Positions 49,044 through 58,766 of a stretch of 64,000 bases of DNA are shown here, piece after piece. Made by a program: the position numbers and the translations under genes. Within the stretch, counting starts at the first letter, position 1; the number at the start of each line of letters is the position of its first letter. The DNA comes from Candidatus Delongbacteria bacterium (lineage in GTDB: Bacteria; CAIWAD01): positions 1,216,001 through 1,280,000 of the forward strand of contig OY760505.1 in NCBI GenBank assembly GCA_963663545.1, written 5' to 3'. Under the pieces are notes generated by a model. The model saw only the letters and a program-made list of their open reading frames with translations. It was not told the DNA's origin and ran no database searches.

Positions 49044-52000
49044 TCAGCGAATCAGCAACAGCTTCTTCGTTTGTGTCACACCAACCGCCTGCGCACTAAG
49101 GAAGTACACGCCGCCAGCCAGATTTCCGGCATCAAAACTGAAGCGGTAGTCGCCGGCCTCTAGAACCTCGTCGGCCAGCACTCGGACCTGCTGCCCCAAC
49201 AGATTATAAACGGCAAGGCGAAGGTGTCCGGTGCGCCCAAGATGAAGTGTGATTTGAGTGTTCGGGTTGAATGGATTCGGCCAGGGATCGCCAAGGCTCA
49301 TCAAGCGCGGCAGAAGCACAACGGGTATGGATCCCGGTTCCACTTCATCTGCGTATCCACCGGATTCTACAAGAGGTCCGCCGTAACAGCCAATGTCGTT
49401 GCGCGTTCCATCAAAGGCATCGCGCATACTTGTCTCGGGATCGCCCCGGTCGACTAACGGGCTTGTACTGAACAGCCGGAACTCTGTGTCGGCATCGAAA
49501 TCCGCATCCCCATTTCCGTTGGACAGGTTCTCCGCCAACAGCGAGGAATCGTTGATTGCCAGAAAACGTGTTACATCGATGAACTCGTTGGCGTCTCCGG
49601 CCACACCGTCCAAACAGTCATACCAGTTGTACCTGGCGGAGACCTCGCTCGCCTCATCCAGCCAGATCGCGCACTGCGGCGTATCGAGCAAATAGCTCAC
49701 TTCGTCCAGATCGTGCGTCGTCCCCGCCCGCTGCGTTTTCCAGTGGAACAAGTTTGAGTTGACCTCGAGCACGCTTTCATAGGAAAAAACACGCCCATAG
49801 CCCAGATAGTACGTCCCGGGCCAATAGGAAACCCCGCCACTTGACACGAACTGCGCCGCAACGAAAGAGTTGTTGGCCAACAGCGCAGCCGCTCCAATAC
49901 TGGTGATGGCGTACTCTGGATTGACGAACAGGCAGTTGCGAACGGCACTCTCCTGCGTATTTGCCAGGCACACACTGCTGGAACCAAGCTGCTTGCGATC
50001 CTTGGGATTGGTAAACGTGCAGAAGCTGATATCAGCTTGCGTGCCCAGAGCAACAATGCTGTTGAGTATTCCCGTAAATGCGCAATGGTCGATCTGCACA
50101 GGGTCTTCGAGGTATTCCAATTGAATGGCTGTGTTGAAATTCGAGAACGACACATGGCTGATTCTCGAAACAACAGCCCCGGGCATGGCACGCAGCAGAT
50201 TCATGCGCAGGTCGCGTGATACGGCATCATCATTTGCTGGCGATCGTAGGAGACTGCTGAAGGTAACCGGAGTCTCGGCATCACCCACAATGGAAAGCTC
50301 GCCACTGATGTTGAACAACCACTCTTCTTCCACAAGCCGTTCATCGATCAGAATCTTCGTACCGGCCTCCACTTCCAGCACAGAGCCAGCGGGAATTTCC
50401 AGAGGCGCAACGACGTAGACCGTCTCGTTGTTTGCCGTTAGTACGCCATCGAGAACACCGCCAAGCACACTGTATCTCGGCATTGTAGTCACTCTGCGAT
50501 AGGCCTCAGCTACGCCATCACTCCACCGCACGAGGAAACTGAGAAAGGTGGTATCCAGCATGGTGCTACAATTCAAAGTGGCCGTCTCAGCATTGAAGCT
50601 GTAGTCGCCCTCTTCATCGTCCGTCTCCTGCTCCAGCAGTTCCCCGTTTCGCCAAAGCTGTACGGAGAGGTGTGATCCACCGAGAATCTCGGTATCCTCG
50701 TCGGCGAAAGACATGGTAAAAGAGAAATCTTCGCCGGGATGCTGATCATTGAAGCTCAAAGTATCAGCCGTGATACAATCAATGGAGTCGCCGGTACAGG
50801 GTGCGAACTGGACCAGATAGGGTGTATGATTCTCTTGAAGTGTCAACTGAAAAGTCAGAGTATCTGCGTACTCGACATCAGCCACACTATTGTACCCGAC
50901 CAGCTTGAACCGATAATCTCCAATGACCTGCTGATCCGCTGGCCAGGAGAAAGTGTATTCCGTAGCACCTTGAGCCTGATAGACAAGCCCTTCGGGCGCA
51001 TCCACCAGGGAAAGTGTTGGCTCGGGAAATCCTTCGAAGTCCCCTTGATGCGAGTAATCGTATCCATACACCCACAGGTCTTCTTCGAAATCCGTCGGGA
51101 ACTGAAAAGGCTCTTCATTGCGCACGGCGTAATACACGCCGATATCAGCAATGCTTCCGTCCGGATCAAACATACTCGGATCACCGGCGTCGATAAGAGG
51201 GCTATTGTCATCTGGCACATAAGTGCCTTCGATGAAGCGCGGATTCGCGCTGAAATTCGGCTCCCACAGGTCTAGAGTATCCTGAACCAGAACCTGGCCG
51301 TTCTCTTCATACAAGGTCTGCACAATAAACGTCGTGTACTCGCCGTGATTGCCAGCAAAAAAGCAGTTGTACTGCACGGAATCCTGCGGGATCTCGTCAT
51401 ACGACATCCAGCTGATGCCTTTCTTGTAAGGCCACAGCTCGCCCGATGTCTGGTAGCCCGGAAGGAATACACAGTTGCGTACATTCGCTGTTACGTGTTT
51501 CAGTAGGATGTCATCTTGCCCTTGCTCATCGAACACACAATTCTGAATAATATGATGCCCACCAATATTCAAATTGCAGGCGGTGTAGCAGTCCACAAAC
51601 AAGCAGCGTTCGATGATCGAAACAGGGGTATCGTCTTCTGGAGTGTCCAGGTTTGAATAGATGGCGTTACCGGCTCCCACAATTTGCACATAGCGCATGC
51701 GAATCACCTGCCGCCCACCCGATTCGAGAACGAACAAGCCGGGATAACTCATCGAAGGAGTCGAGTCCTCGGTCTTCCGCACCACAATGGGCAACTCCTC
51801 CGTGCCGAGCATGTAGAGACTGCCGCGCACAATGAATGTGACCATGGTGGAATCCTGATAGGCGGGGAACAGAATCGTCACGCCAGGATCGACAAGGAGA
51901 CTATCTCCTGCCGGTATTGTCACATCATCTGTAATCAAATAGGTCTCACCCGAAAGCAGGTGAGGGTTTTCCAGAGTACCAGACAGTTCGATTTCAGCCA

Positions 52001-52052
52001 ACAGGCTTCGTGTGCTGCATAGCAGGATGAGGAGCAGGAAGATTGTGCGCAT
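49044..52052 (-). CDS. Secreted protein with two right-handed beta-helix modules and T9SS type A sorting domain
   Basis: Two modules ending 'SPLIDAGDP...DGSIADIG' and 'SPLVDRGDP...DGTRNDIG'; tail 'PNPFNPNT...GGVYFL...KKLLLIR'. Confidence 0.82.
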   Translation of the reverse strand: MRTIFLLLILLCSTRSLLAEIELSGTLENPHLLSGETYLITDDVTIPAGDSLLVDPGVTILFPAYQDSTMVTFIVRGSLYMLGTEELPIVVRKTEDSTPSMSYPGLFVLESGGRQVIRMRYVQIVGAGNAIYSNLDTPEDDTPVSIIERCLFVDCYTACNLNIGGHHIIQNCVFDEQGQDDILLKHVTANVRNCVFLPGYQTSGELWPYKKGISWMSYDEIPQDSVQYNCFFAGNHGEYTTFIVQTLYEENGQVLVQDTLDLWEPNFSANPRFIEGTYVPDDNSPLIDAGDPSMFDPDGSIADIGVYYAVRNEEPFQFPTDFEEDLWVYGYDYSHQGDFEGFPEPTLSLVDAPEGLVYQAQGATEYTFSWPADQQVIGDYRFKLVGYNSVADVEYADTLTFQLTLQENHTPYLVQFAPCTGDSIDCITADTLSFNDQHPGEDFSFTMSFADEDTEILGGSHLSVQLWRNGELLEQETDDEEGDYSFNAETATLNCSTMLDTTFLSFLVRWSDGVAEAYRRVTTMPRYSVLGGVLDGVLTANNETVYVVAPLEIPAGSVLEVEAGTKILIDERLVEEEWLFNISGELSIVGDAETPVTFSSLLRSPANDDAVSRDLRMNLLRAMPGAVVSRISHVSFSNFNTAIQLEYLEDPVQIDHCAFTGILNSIVALGTQADISFCTFTNPKDRKQLGSSSVCLANTQESAVRNCLFVNPEYAITSIGAAALLANNSFVAAQFVSSGGVSYWPGTYYLGYGRVFSYESVLEVNSNLFHWKTQRAGTTHDLDEVSYLLDTPQCAIWLDEASEVSARYNWYDCLDGVAGDANEFIDVTRFLAINDSSLLAENLSNGNGDADFDADTEFRLFSTSPLVDRGDPETSMRDAFDGTRNDIGCYGGPLVESGGYADEVEPGSIPVVLLPRLMSLGDPWPNPFNPNTQITLHLGRTGHLRLAVYNLLGQQVRVLADEVLEAGDYRFSFDAGNLAGGVYFLSAQAVGVTQTKKLLLIR

Positions 52053-52134
52053 GCTGTCCCTATCTCTTTTTGCCTACACCGCCGAAGGTATCTGCTGTGA
52101 ACGAATGAAGCAAGGATTGCCAGTAATAGAAGAA

Positions 52135-52152
52135 GGGCCCCCGTAGGGGCCC
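52135..52152 (-). terminator. Hairpin after ackA
   Basis: GGGCCCC-loop-GGGGCCC followed by UUCUUCU on the minus strand. Confidence 0.55.
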
Positions 52153-52159
52153 ACGTGTG

Positions 52160-53353
52160 CTACATCGCGCTGACAATCGCCCTGGTTTCCTGAGCGATGG
52201 CCAGCTCTTCGTTGGTTGGTATCACAACCAATTTGACGGGACCTCTTGCCACCTGGCACACTTTGCCGCGCACCTTGTTGGCTTCGTGATCCAATTCAAC
52301 CCCCAGCCACGAAAGCTGCTCAGCTATGTAACGGCGCACGCGAGGATCGTTCTCGCCAATTCCGCCGGTAAAAACGATGGCATCCGCACCGCCGAGAATG
52401 GTCATATAAGCACCGATGTATTTTGTAACACGGTAGTAGAAGACCTGCAGTGCCAATATTGCGCGCTCATTGCCAGCGTCGGCGGCATCCTCGACCTCGC
52501 GCATATCATTGCTGACACCGGAAAGGCCCAAAACGCCGCTTTTCTTGTTGAGGATAGCGTCCACTTCGCGAATGTCAAGGCTCTCGTTTTGCGCCATGAA
52601 GCCGACGATGGCTGGATCGATGTCGCCGCAACGTGTGCCCATCAATAGGCCTTCCAGCGGAGTAAAGCCCATGCTGGTGTCCACCGAAATGCCATTCTTG
52701 ATGGCGGCAATAGAGCTGCCGTTACCCAGGTGACACGTGATCAGCTTGCACTCTTCAAAAGGCTTGCCCAGGAACTCGGCGGCCTGGCGTCCAACGTATT
52801 TGTGGCTGGTGCCGTGAAAGCCGTATCGACGGATACCATGCTCGCTGTACTGCTCGTAAGGGATGCCGTACATGAAGGCGTGCTGCGGCATCTGGCTATG
52901 GAAGGCCGTATCGAAGACGCCCACATGGGGAACCTTCAGCAGATCCTTGGCTACGCGAATTCCCATGATGTTGGCCGGATTATGCAGCGGTGCAAAAGGC
53001 GTACAGCGTTCCATGGCGGCAATCACCTCGTCGGTAATCAGCGCACTGCCGTTGAACTCCTCACCACCATGCACGGTGCGGTGTCCAACAGCCTGAATCT
53101 CGGACACGTCGCGAATCACACCCACGTCTGGATCCACCAGTGCCGCCATGATTTCGCGCAGACCCTTCTCGTGATCCTTGATCGGCAAGACCCGCTTCAC
53201 TTTGTCTACGCCGCGATCGGAACTGAAAGAAAAGATGGCTTCCTCTGAGCCGATCTTCTCAACCAGGCCCTTCATACGAACCTGCTCCTGCTCCATTGAA
53301 ATGAGCTGGAATTTTATAGACGATGAGCCGCAGTTAACAACCAGAATATTCAT
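52160..53353 (-). CDS. ackA: Acetate kinase
   Basis: 'NCGSSSIK', 'GHRTVHGG', 'APLHNP', 'YGFHGTSH', 'HLGNG', 'TGGIGEN', 'TNEE'. Confidence 0.97.
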   Translation of the reverse strand: MNILVVNCGSSSIKFQLISMEQEQVRMKGLVEKIGSEEAIFSFSSDRGVDKVKRVLPIKDHEKGLREIMAALVDPDVGVIRDVSEIQAVGHRTVHGGEEFNGSALITDEVIAAMERCTPFAPLHNPANIMGIRVAKDLLKVPHVGVFDTAFHSQMPQHAFMYGIPYEQYSEHGIRRYGFHGTSHKYVGRQAAEFLGKPFEECKLITCHLGNGSSIAAIKNGISVDTSMGFTPLEGLLMGTRCGDIDPAIVGFMAQNESLDIREVDAILNKKSGVLGLSGVSNDMREVEDAADAGNERAILALQVFYYRVTKYIGAYMTILGGADAIVFTGGIGENDPRVRRYIAEQLSWLGVELDHEANKVRGKVCQVARGPVKLVVIPTNEELAIAQETRAIVSAM

Positions 53354-53446
53354 CGGGACTCCCGGAAGGTAAATTGGCGGCTTCCCCCACCCAAGGGAAA
53401 GCCACGCACCTTGGTGCGCTATTGAAAAGACGGTCGGGCCGTCGCA

Positions 53447-55015
53447 TTACTCTTTGATCAAACGCGCTTCGCTCAGGCCGCTGAGCTCAGTCATCTCATC
53501 CACAATGCGCGTGATTTCAACCGCCAGCATTGCCTGACGTACAGCGGTTTCCACCGCCTCCGTAAGAAGCTCCGACTCTTCCATCATCGGCAATCGCCGT
53601 TGCACCAAACACCACAGATAGCAATTGCCGGCAGCGTCAACGCTGACTTTGCTCCAGCGCCCCGCATCCAAACCGACAAGGTCGCTATAGACGCTTCCTC
53701 CCATCGCCTGTGCTTCATCGGGCCGCAACTCTGCGGGATGCAAACCGGGCTGCCAGCGTGCGGCAGCGTCCTCAGGGGAAAGGTTGTTGCGCAGGATTTC
53801 GTGGCGCGCCTCCGCCGTCTGCAGGCTGTCGGCAAAGTCAAAGCGCCACACGCCGAAATGACGGAAAGAAGCGAACTCGGCAGGATGAGCATTCTGATAA
53901 TTCCAAAGATCCTGCTCATCGTATTGAACGCGTGGCATCAAATCCTGCGCCACCAGCAACCCGCTCTTCAGCAAGCGTTCGTGAATGTCCACGCGGTCAA
54001 GCACTTCTTCATCTTCGAATATGTGCTGTCGCAAACACTCGCGATGCCAGAGTTGCGAATCGAGCCAGTAGCGCAAATAGTCGAAATAGATTTCGTCGCC
54101 CAGCTCGCGCACTCTCCCGCCAAAGGCGCTTTGCACCGCCTTCTTCAGTTGTCCAACCGTGATACTTGTATCACGCGTGCTTCCCACAACTGCGTTTGGA
54201 TCACGCAAGCCCGAACGCAGAAGCTTCTCGTCGACGAAGACCTCATTCTCTTGCCGCGCCTGGCGCAAAACCTCTTTCTCGGCTTGCTGGCGCGCCTGCA
54301 TTTCAAGATGCTCCTGAAGCGCTTCCAGTTTGTCCTTGGAAGGGAAGTCCTCCACCAACCGCAGACTGTCCAGACGGATCAGATGCCAGCCAAAGGGGCT
54401 CTCCACCGGCGGGGAGATCTCGCCAGGATGCAAGCGCAGCACCGTGTGTTCGAACTCGGCAACGGTTTCGCCAACCCGCACCATGCCCAGGCTGCCTCCC
54501 AGTTCGGCCGATCCAGGATCCTTGCTATGACGGCGTGCAAGCAGCGTGAAATTGGCTCCCTTCTGCAGCTCGCCCGAAAGCTCTTCCGCCTGGCTGTGAT
54601 ACGGTACAAGAATATGACTGACAAAGTACTCGTAGCGACTTAACTCGGCGAGATCCAGCAGATCGTTCTCGCTGACTTCGGGCACTTGCATGCGTCGCCG
54701 CATGAGAACACGCCTGGCAATTTCCTCGTGATCCTGTGCCAGGCGATCCAACGCCACCGAGTCTAGCGGCACACCACGACTCTCGTAAGCCAGGGCCAAT
54801 AGCGTGTGCTCACGAATTTCATCAAGCATGCGCTGTGAAAAGTCGCTGTTATCAACCGCCTGGGGATCGTGCGCCATTGCCTGTGTGTACTCTTCTACCT
54901 GAGCCTTGGTCACCCAAAGAATGTGATCCTGATCAGGTTTGTCGAAGGCGCGTGCTTGTGTGATACAAAGAGTCAGCAGCAGAAGCGTGATACGCAGAGA
55001 CATGTTGCAATCCAT
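53447..55015 (-). CDS. Parvulin/rotamase-type peptidyl-prolyl isomerase (SurA/PrsA-like chaperone)
   Basis: 'SHILV', 'LARRHSKDPGS...GGSLG', 'ISPPVESPFGWHLIRL'. Confidence 0.85.
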   Translation of the reverse strand: MDCNMSLRITLLLLTLCITQARAFDKPDQDHILWVTKAQVEEYTQAMAHDPQAVDNSDFSQRMLDEIREHTLLALAYESRGVPLDSVALDRLAQDHEEIARRVLMRRRMQVPEVSENDLLDLAELSRYEYFVSHILVPYHSQAEELSGELQKGANFTLLARRHSKDPGSAELGGSLGMVRVGETVAEFEHTVLRLHPGEISPPVESPFGWHLIRLDSLRLVEDFPSKDKLEALQEHLEMQARQQAEKEVLRQARQENEVFVDEKLLRSGLRDPNAVVGSTRDTSITVGQLKKAVQSAFGGRVRELGDEIYFDYLRYWLDSQLWHRECLRQHIFEDEEVLDRVDIHERLLKSGLLVAQDLMPRVQYDEQDLWNYQNAHPAEFASFRHFGVWRFDFADSLQTAEARHEILRNNLSPEDAAARWQPGLHPAELRPDEAQAMGGSVYSDLVGLDAGRWSKVSVDAAGNCYLWCLVQRRLPMMEESELLTEAVETAVRQAMLAVEITRIVDEMTELSGLSEARLIKE

Positions 55016-56337
55016 TAAAGAAGATCGGCGGCCAGTTCCGCCAGGCGACTACGCTCACCCTTGGTGAGGGTGGCATGCGCCGCGATTCGCTGTCCGCGAA
55101 AACGGTCGATGACATAGGCGAGCCCGTTGCTGAGCACGTCCACGTAGGGGTTGTCAATCTGTTCGGGATCTCCGGTGAGCACCACTTTTGTGTTATGGCC
55201 CGCGCGGCTGATAATGGTCTTCACTTCGTGGGGAGTGAGGTTTTGCGCCTCGTCAACAATGAAAAACTGACGCGGCATGCTTCGGCCCCGGATGTAGGAC
55301 AGCGGCTCCACTTCCAGCAGACCGGCCTGTTTGAGTCGCGTCTCGTTCCAGCGTCCCCCTTTGTCCTTGCGGCCGCTGCTTTCCAGAATCTGTTCGAGGT
55401 TGTCGTGAATCGGCGCCATCCAGGGCCCCAGCTTCTCCTCGAGCGAACCGGGTAGATAACCCAACTCCTTGCCCATGGGGAACACGGGACGACTGACCAC
55501 GAGACGTCGATAGACGGGATCATCCTCCAGCACTTGCTTCAGCCCCGCCGCCAGTGCCAGCAGAGTTTTGCCCGTGCCCGCACGCCCGGCCAGGGTCACC
55601 AGCGAAATGCGTTTATCCAGCAGGAAATTCAACGCAAAGCGCTGTCCCAGATTGCGTGGACGCACATTGAGACCCATATCCACTTCGCGAATCAGAATGA
55701 GCTGCCGAGTCGCTTCGTCGTAGTGGCCCAGCGCGGTGCGCTCAGGGTTGGATGTATCACGCAGCACTGCCCCCTCATTGGGATGCAGATCTACGGCGCC
55801 CTCTTCGAGCAGCAGATGTCCCTGGGCGTAGAATTCCTCGATGACGGTCGCTTCCACATCAATGACGTGATAGCCTTGAAAGAGGTCATCGTAACTCACG
55901 CGCCGGTCCTCGTAACCCGTAGCCTCCAGGCCATAGGCGGCGGACTTAATGCGCATGTTTACATCCATGGTGACCATCAGCTTGGGAAAGCCGCGTGTTG
56001 CAGGAAATGCTAGTGCTATGGCCAGAATCCGGTCGTCGGGTACGTTTGGGCTTAATCCATCGGGGAATTCGATGTGTTCGCCCACACCGGCAACCGTCAG
56101 ACGTCCGCCGCTTTCCAACTTGACGCCCTTGGCCAGCGGACCATGGACGCGCAGGTCGTCGATGATGCGGCTCGCCTCACGCGCGTTGCGGCTGACTTCA
56201 CCCACACCCTTCTTGAACTTGTCGATTTCGGCAATGACGGTGATGGGAATCACCACATGCGCTCCCTCGTAACTGAGGATCGATTGAGGGTCGTGGAGGA
56301 GAACATTGGAATCGAGAATGATCGTTCTGCGCATCAT
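55015..56337 (-). CDS. PIN-PhoH fusion protein (PhoH2/YlaK-like)
   Basis: PIN 'ILDSNVLLHDP...EID...DDRIL...VTMDVNMRIK'; PhoH 'GRAGTGKT', 'GYLPG', 'IRGRS', 'DEAQN', 'GDPEQID'. Confidence 0.92.
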   Translation of the reverse strand: MMRRTIILDSNVLLHDPQSILSYEGAHVVIPITVIAEIDKFKKGVGEVSRNAREASRIIDDLRVHGPLAKGVKLESGGRLTVAGVGEHIEFPDGLSPNVPDDRILAIALAFPATRGFPKLMVTMDVNMRIKSAAYGLEATGYEDRRVSYDDLFQGYHVIDVEATVIEEFYAQGHLLLEEGAVDLHPNEGAVLRDTSNPERTALGHYDEATRQLILIREVDMGLNVRPRNLGQRFALNFLLDKRISLVTLAGRAGTGKTLLALAAGLKQVLEDDPVYRRLVVSRPVFPMGKELGYLPGSLEEKLGPWMAPIHDNLEQILESSGRKDKGGRWNETRLKQAGLLEVEPLSYIRGRSMPRQFFIVDEAQNLTPHEVKTIISRAGHNTKVVLTGDPEQIDNPYVDVLSNGLAYVIDRFRGQRIAAHATLTKGERSRLAELAADLL

Positions 56338-56354
56338 CGGCTCCCTTGTCCGGA

Positions 56355-56963
56355 TCAGTATTCGTCCAGGGTCTCGGGGAACTCGCCGCATTCATGATAG
56401 AAGGTGCGGTAGAGTTGCCGGCTCACATTGTGGTAGGTCTCTCGCAGGTCTTTGCTCACCGGCACCTGCAACTGCAGATTGTAGAACTGCTGCAGACGCG
56501 GTGCGCCAATGCTCATGCGCACTTGTGCGCCGGTCATGCCAATGACATAGGCGGCGGACAGATCTTCTTCCAGATTGAGATCCAGCGCCACCGTACACTT
56601 CAGCGCAGCAACGCGATTGAGCAGCTTGTTGCCCGGCAATCGCACCATGTTGAGGTCCTGGTCGCTCCAGGCCATGGCGTAGGGAATCAGCCGGGAATCT
56701 AGCCAGTTCTTGTAGGTTTCGTGCAGAAAGGCGTGCAGTGGAATGCGTGCATTATCGCCGCCGACGAAGTATCGCAGATAGCTGAGCACATGACGCGCAG
56801 CATCGAAAGCGGTGGATTCGCGGGGCAGAATGATCAGCATCGGCCCGGAGAAATGCATCGCCTGGTAGAAGTTGACCGGCGCGACCTCGGCCCCGTAGCG
56901 ATGATGCATACGGGCGTAGGCTTGCGCCAGCTTAGTCCTGATTCCGCTTTCCTGGTGTTTCAC
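56355..56963 (-). CDS. Hypothetical protein (possible glycosyltransferase-9-like fold fragment)
   Basis: In operon, overlaps the corC-like gene; 'VALDLN', 'GAQVRMSIG...FYNLQL'. Confidence 0.6.
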   Translation of the reverse strand: MKHQESGIRTKLAQAYARMHHRYGAEVAPVNFYQAMHFSGPMLIILPRESTAFDAARHVLSYLRYFVGGDNARIPLHAFLHETYKNWLDSRLIPYAMAWSDQDLNMVRLPGNKLLNRVAALKCTVALDLNLEEDLSAAYVIGMTGAQVRMSIGAPRLQQFYNLQLQVPVSKDLRETYHNVSRQLYRTFYHECGEFPETLDEY

Positions 56964-58227
56964 CGGTGTCGCCTTGCCGCTTGGCCTTTACCAGTCCGAT
57001 GCGATGACGCTTCATGGTCATCACAGTGAAGCGCCAGCCCAGGTGGTCAAAGCTCATACTGGCCTTGGGCACCTCGCCGGCGAGTTTGTAGATGAATCCG
57101 CCCAGAGTCTCGTAATCCTCTTCGGTGGGCAGAATCTCCTCGCCCAGAAGCTCATTGGCTTCTTCAGGAGAGAGGGAAGAATCAATGATCCAGCTTCCAT
57201 CGGTCGCTTGCCGGTGGAGCGGGGCTTCGGAATCGAACTCGTCCTGAATTTCGCCGACGATCTCCTCGAGGACGTCCTCAAGGGTGACCAGGCCAGCGGT
57301 TCCACCGTACTCATCCACAACGATGGCCATGTGAATGCGTCCCGTCTGGAACTCGTGCAGAAGCTCGTCGATCTTCTTGCCTTCAGGTACAAAATAGGGG
57401 AGCCTGGCAAGCTGGTCAAGCGCATGACTGCGTTGGCTGCCCTGAAGCGCGTGCAAAAGGTCCTTGGCGTAAAGGATGCCAATGACATTGTCGACACGGT
57501 CGCGGTAGATGGGAATGCGCGAATGGCCCTCGCTGCGAATGACCTCGATGGCCTCGTCCACCGAAGCATCGTGCGGCAGACAGGCCATGTCGATGCGCGG
57601 CACCATGACTTCCTTTACCGTGGTCTCGCCGAACTCCATGATCTGGTGGATCATGCGCTTTTCGTCTTCTTCGAGCACGCCCTCGTCCTCACCCACTTCC
57701 ACCAGCGTGCGCAATTCCTCGTGGGAAAGGTGCAGGCTTTCGTGTCCGTGCATGTGGTGTTGAAGCGCGCGCGTCAGCTGCTCGACCGGCCAAACCAGCG
57801 GGAAGAGTAGCCACTGAAAGAACTGCAGCGGCAAGGCGGCCATGCGTGCCCAGGACTCGCCATTGCGAATGGCAAAGACCTTGGGCGTAACCTCGGCAAA
57901 AATCAACAGGATGAGAGTTACCAGCAGCACTTCGATGGCCAGTGCCCAGCGCAGCGGAAGCACTCCACTGCTGCCCAGCTTGTGCGCCAGTAGCGCGGCA
58001 AGCGTGGCTGCTCCCGTATTGACCAGCGTGTTGCCCACCAGCACCGTGATCAGCAGACGCTGGCTTCTATCCATTAGCATGACGATGCGTCGCGCGGAGG
58101 AATGATCCTCTTCTGCAAGCTCTTTCAGCCGCAGACGACTCAGCGAAAAGAAGGCGGTCTCCGACCCGGAGAAAAAGGCGGAGAGCAACAGCAGAAGACT
58201 GAAGCCAAGGACTGAACTCAGCAACAT
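56932..58227 (-). CDS. Hemolysin/CorC-HlyC family (CNNM + CBS) protein
   Basis: 'SAFFSGSETAFFSL', 'EVTPK', 'EVMVPR', 'HSRIP', 'VVDEYGGTAGLVTLEDVLEEIVGEI'. Confidence 0.92.
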   Translation of the reverse strand: MLLSSVLGFSLLLLLSAFFSGSETAFFSLSRLRLKELAEEDHSSARRIVMLMDRSQRLLITVLVGNTLVNTGAATLAALLAHKLGSSGVLPLRWALAIEVLLVTLILLIFAEVTPKVFAIRNGESWARMAALPLQFFQWLLFPLVWPVEQLTRALQHHMHGHESLHLSHEELRTLVEVGEDEGVLEEDEKRMIHQIMEFGETTVKEVMVPRIDMACLPHDASVDEAIEVIRSEGHSRIPIYRDRVDNVIGILYAKDLLHALQGSQRSHALDQLARLPYFVPEGKKIDELLHEFQTGRIHMAIVVDEYGGTAGLVTLEDVLEEIVGEIQDEFDSEAPLHRQATDGSWIIDSSLSPEEANELLGEEILPTEEDYETLGGFIYKLAGEVPKASMSFDHLGWRFTVMTMKRHRIGLVKAKRQGDTGETPGKRNQD

Positions 58228-58766
58228 GGCGCGCTCCCCCGCAAACCGCGCGTCAGCCAATGGGCATAGGCGGGCATGCCGGAGTACTGATCCAGTAGCG
58301 CATCTTCACGCGCAGCCATCTCTTCGCGATTGCGCTTGGTATCGTCGCGCCAGCCGGTCAGGTGAAGCACGCCGTGTATCACAAGGCGCGCCAGCTCTCG
58401 ATTACCGGGTTCGCCCAATTGGGCGGCTTGCTCCGCGCAATCATCGAGGCTGACGAAGATGTCGCCCGAAACGCGTCCCGGACTCGCCTCGTACTGGAAG
58501 CCCAGATGATCGGTAGGAGAATCGTCGCCGGAGTACTCTTTGTGATACTCGCGCATTGTATCACGATCCACCAGAATCAGTGCCACTTCGTGATACATTG
58601 TTCCCTCGCGCTTGAGTGTATTGCGCATGATGCGAGCCAGCAGTCGCTGGTTGACTCGAAGGGAGGGGTGCGTGTTACTGACAGTCAGTGAATGGCTACT
58701 TCGACTGTCGCCGTCCTCGGTTTCCGGAGTAGGGAAACTAGGTGTGTCACATTCCTTGTTGTTCAT
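58218..58766 (-). CDS. ybeY: rRNA maturation RNase YbeY (start uncertain)
   Basis: 'PTDHLGF', 'GDIFVS', 'IHGVLHLTGWRD'; classic phoH-ybeY-corC order. Confidence 0.88.
   Translation of the reverse strand: MNNKECDTPSFPTPETEDGDSRSSHSLTVSNTHPSLRVNQRLLARIMRNTLKREGTMYHEVALILVDRDTMREYHKEYSGDDSPTDHLGFQYEASPGRVSGDIFVSLDDCAEQAAQLGEPGNRELARLVIHGVLHLTGWRDDTKRNREEMAAREDALLDQYSGMPAYAHWLTRGLRGSAPCC

Noticed and set aside
58340..58380. YbeY metal motif HGVLHLTGWRD lacks the third His
   Set aside because: To my knowledge an Asp at this position is common in Bacteroidota/FCB YbeY; not evidence of inactivation
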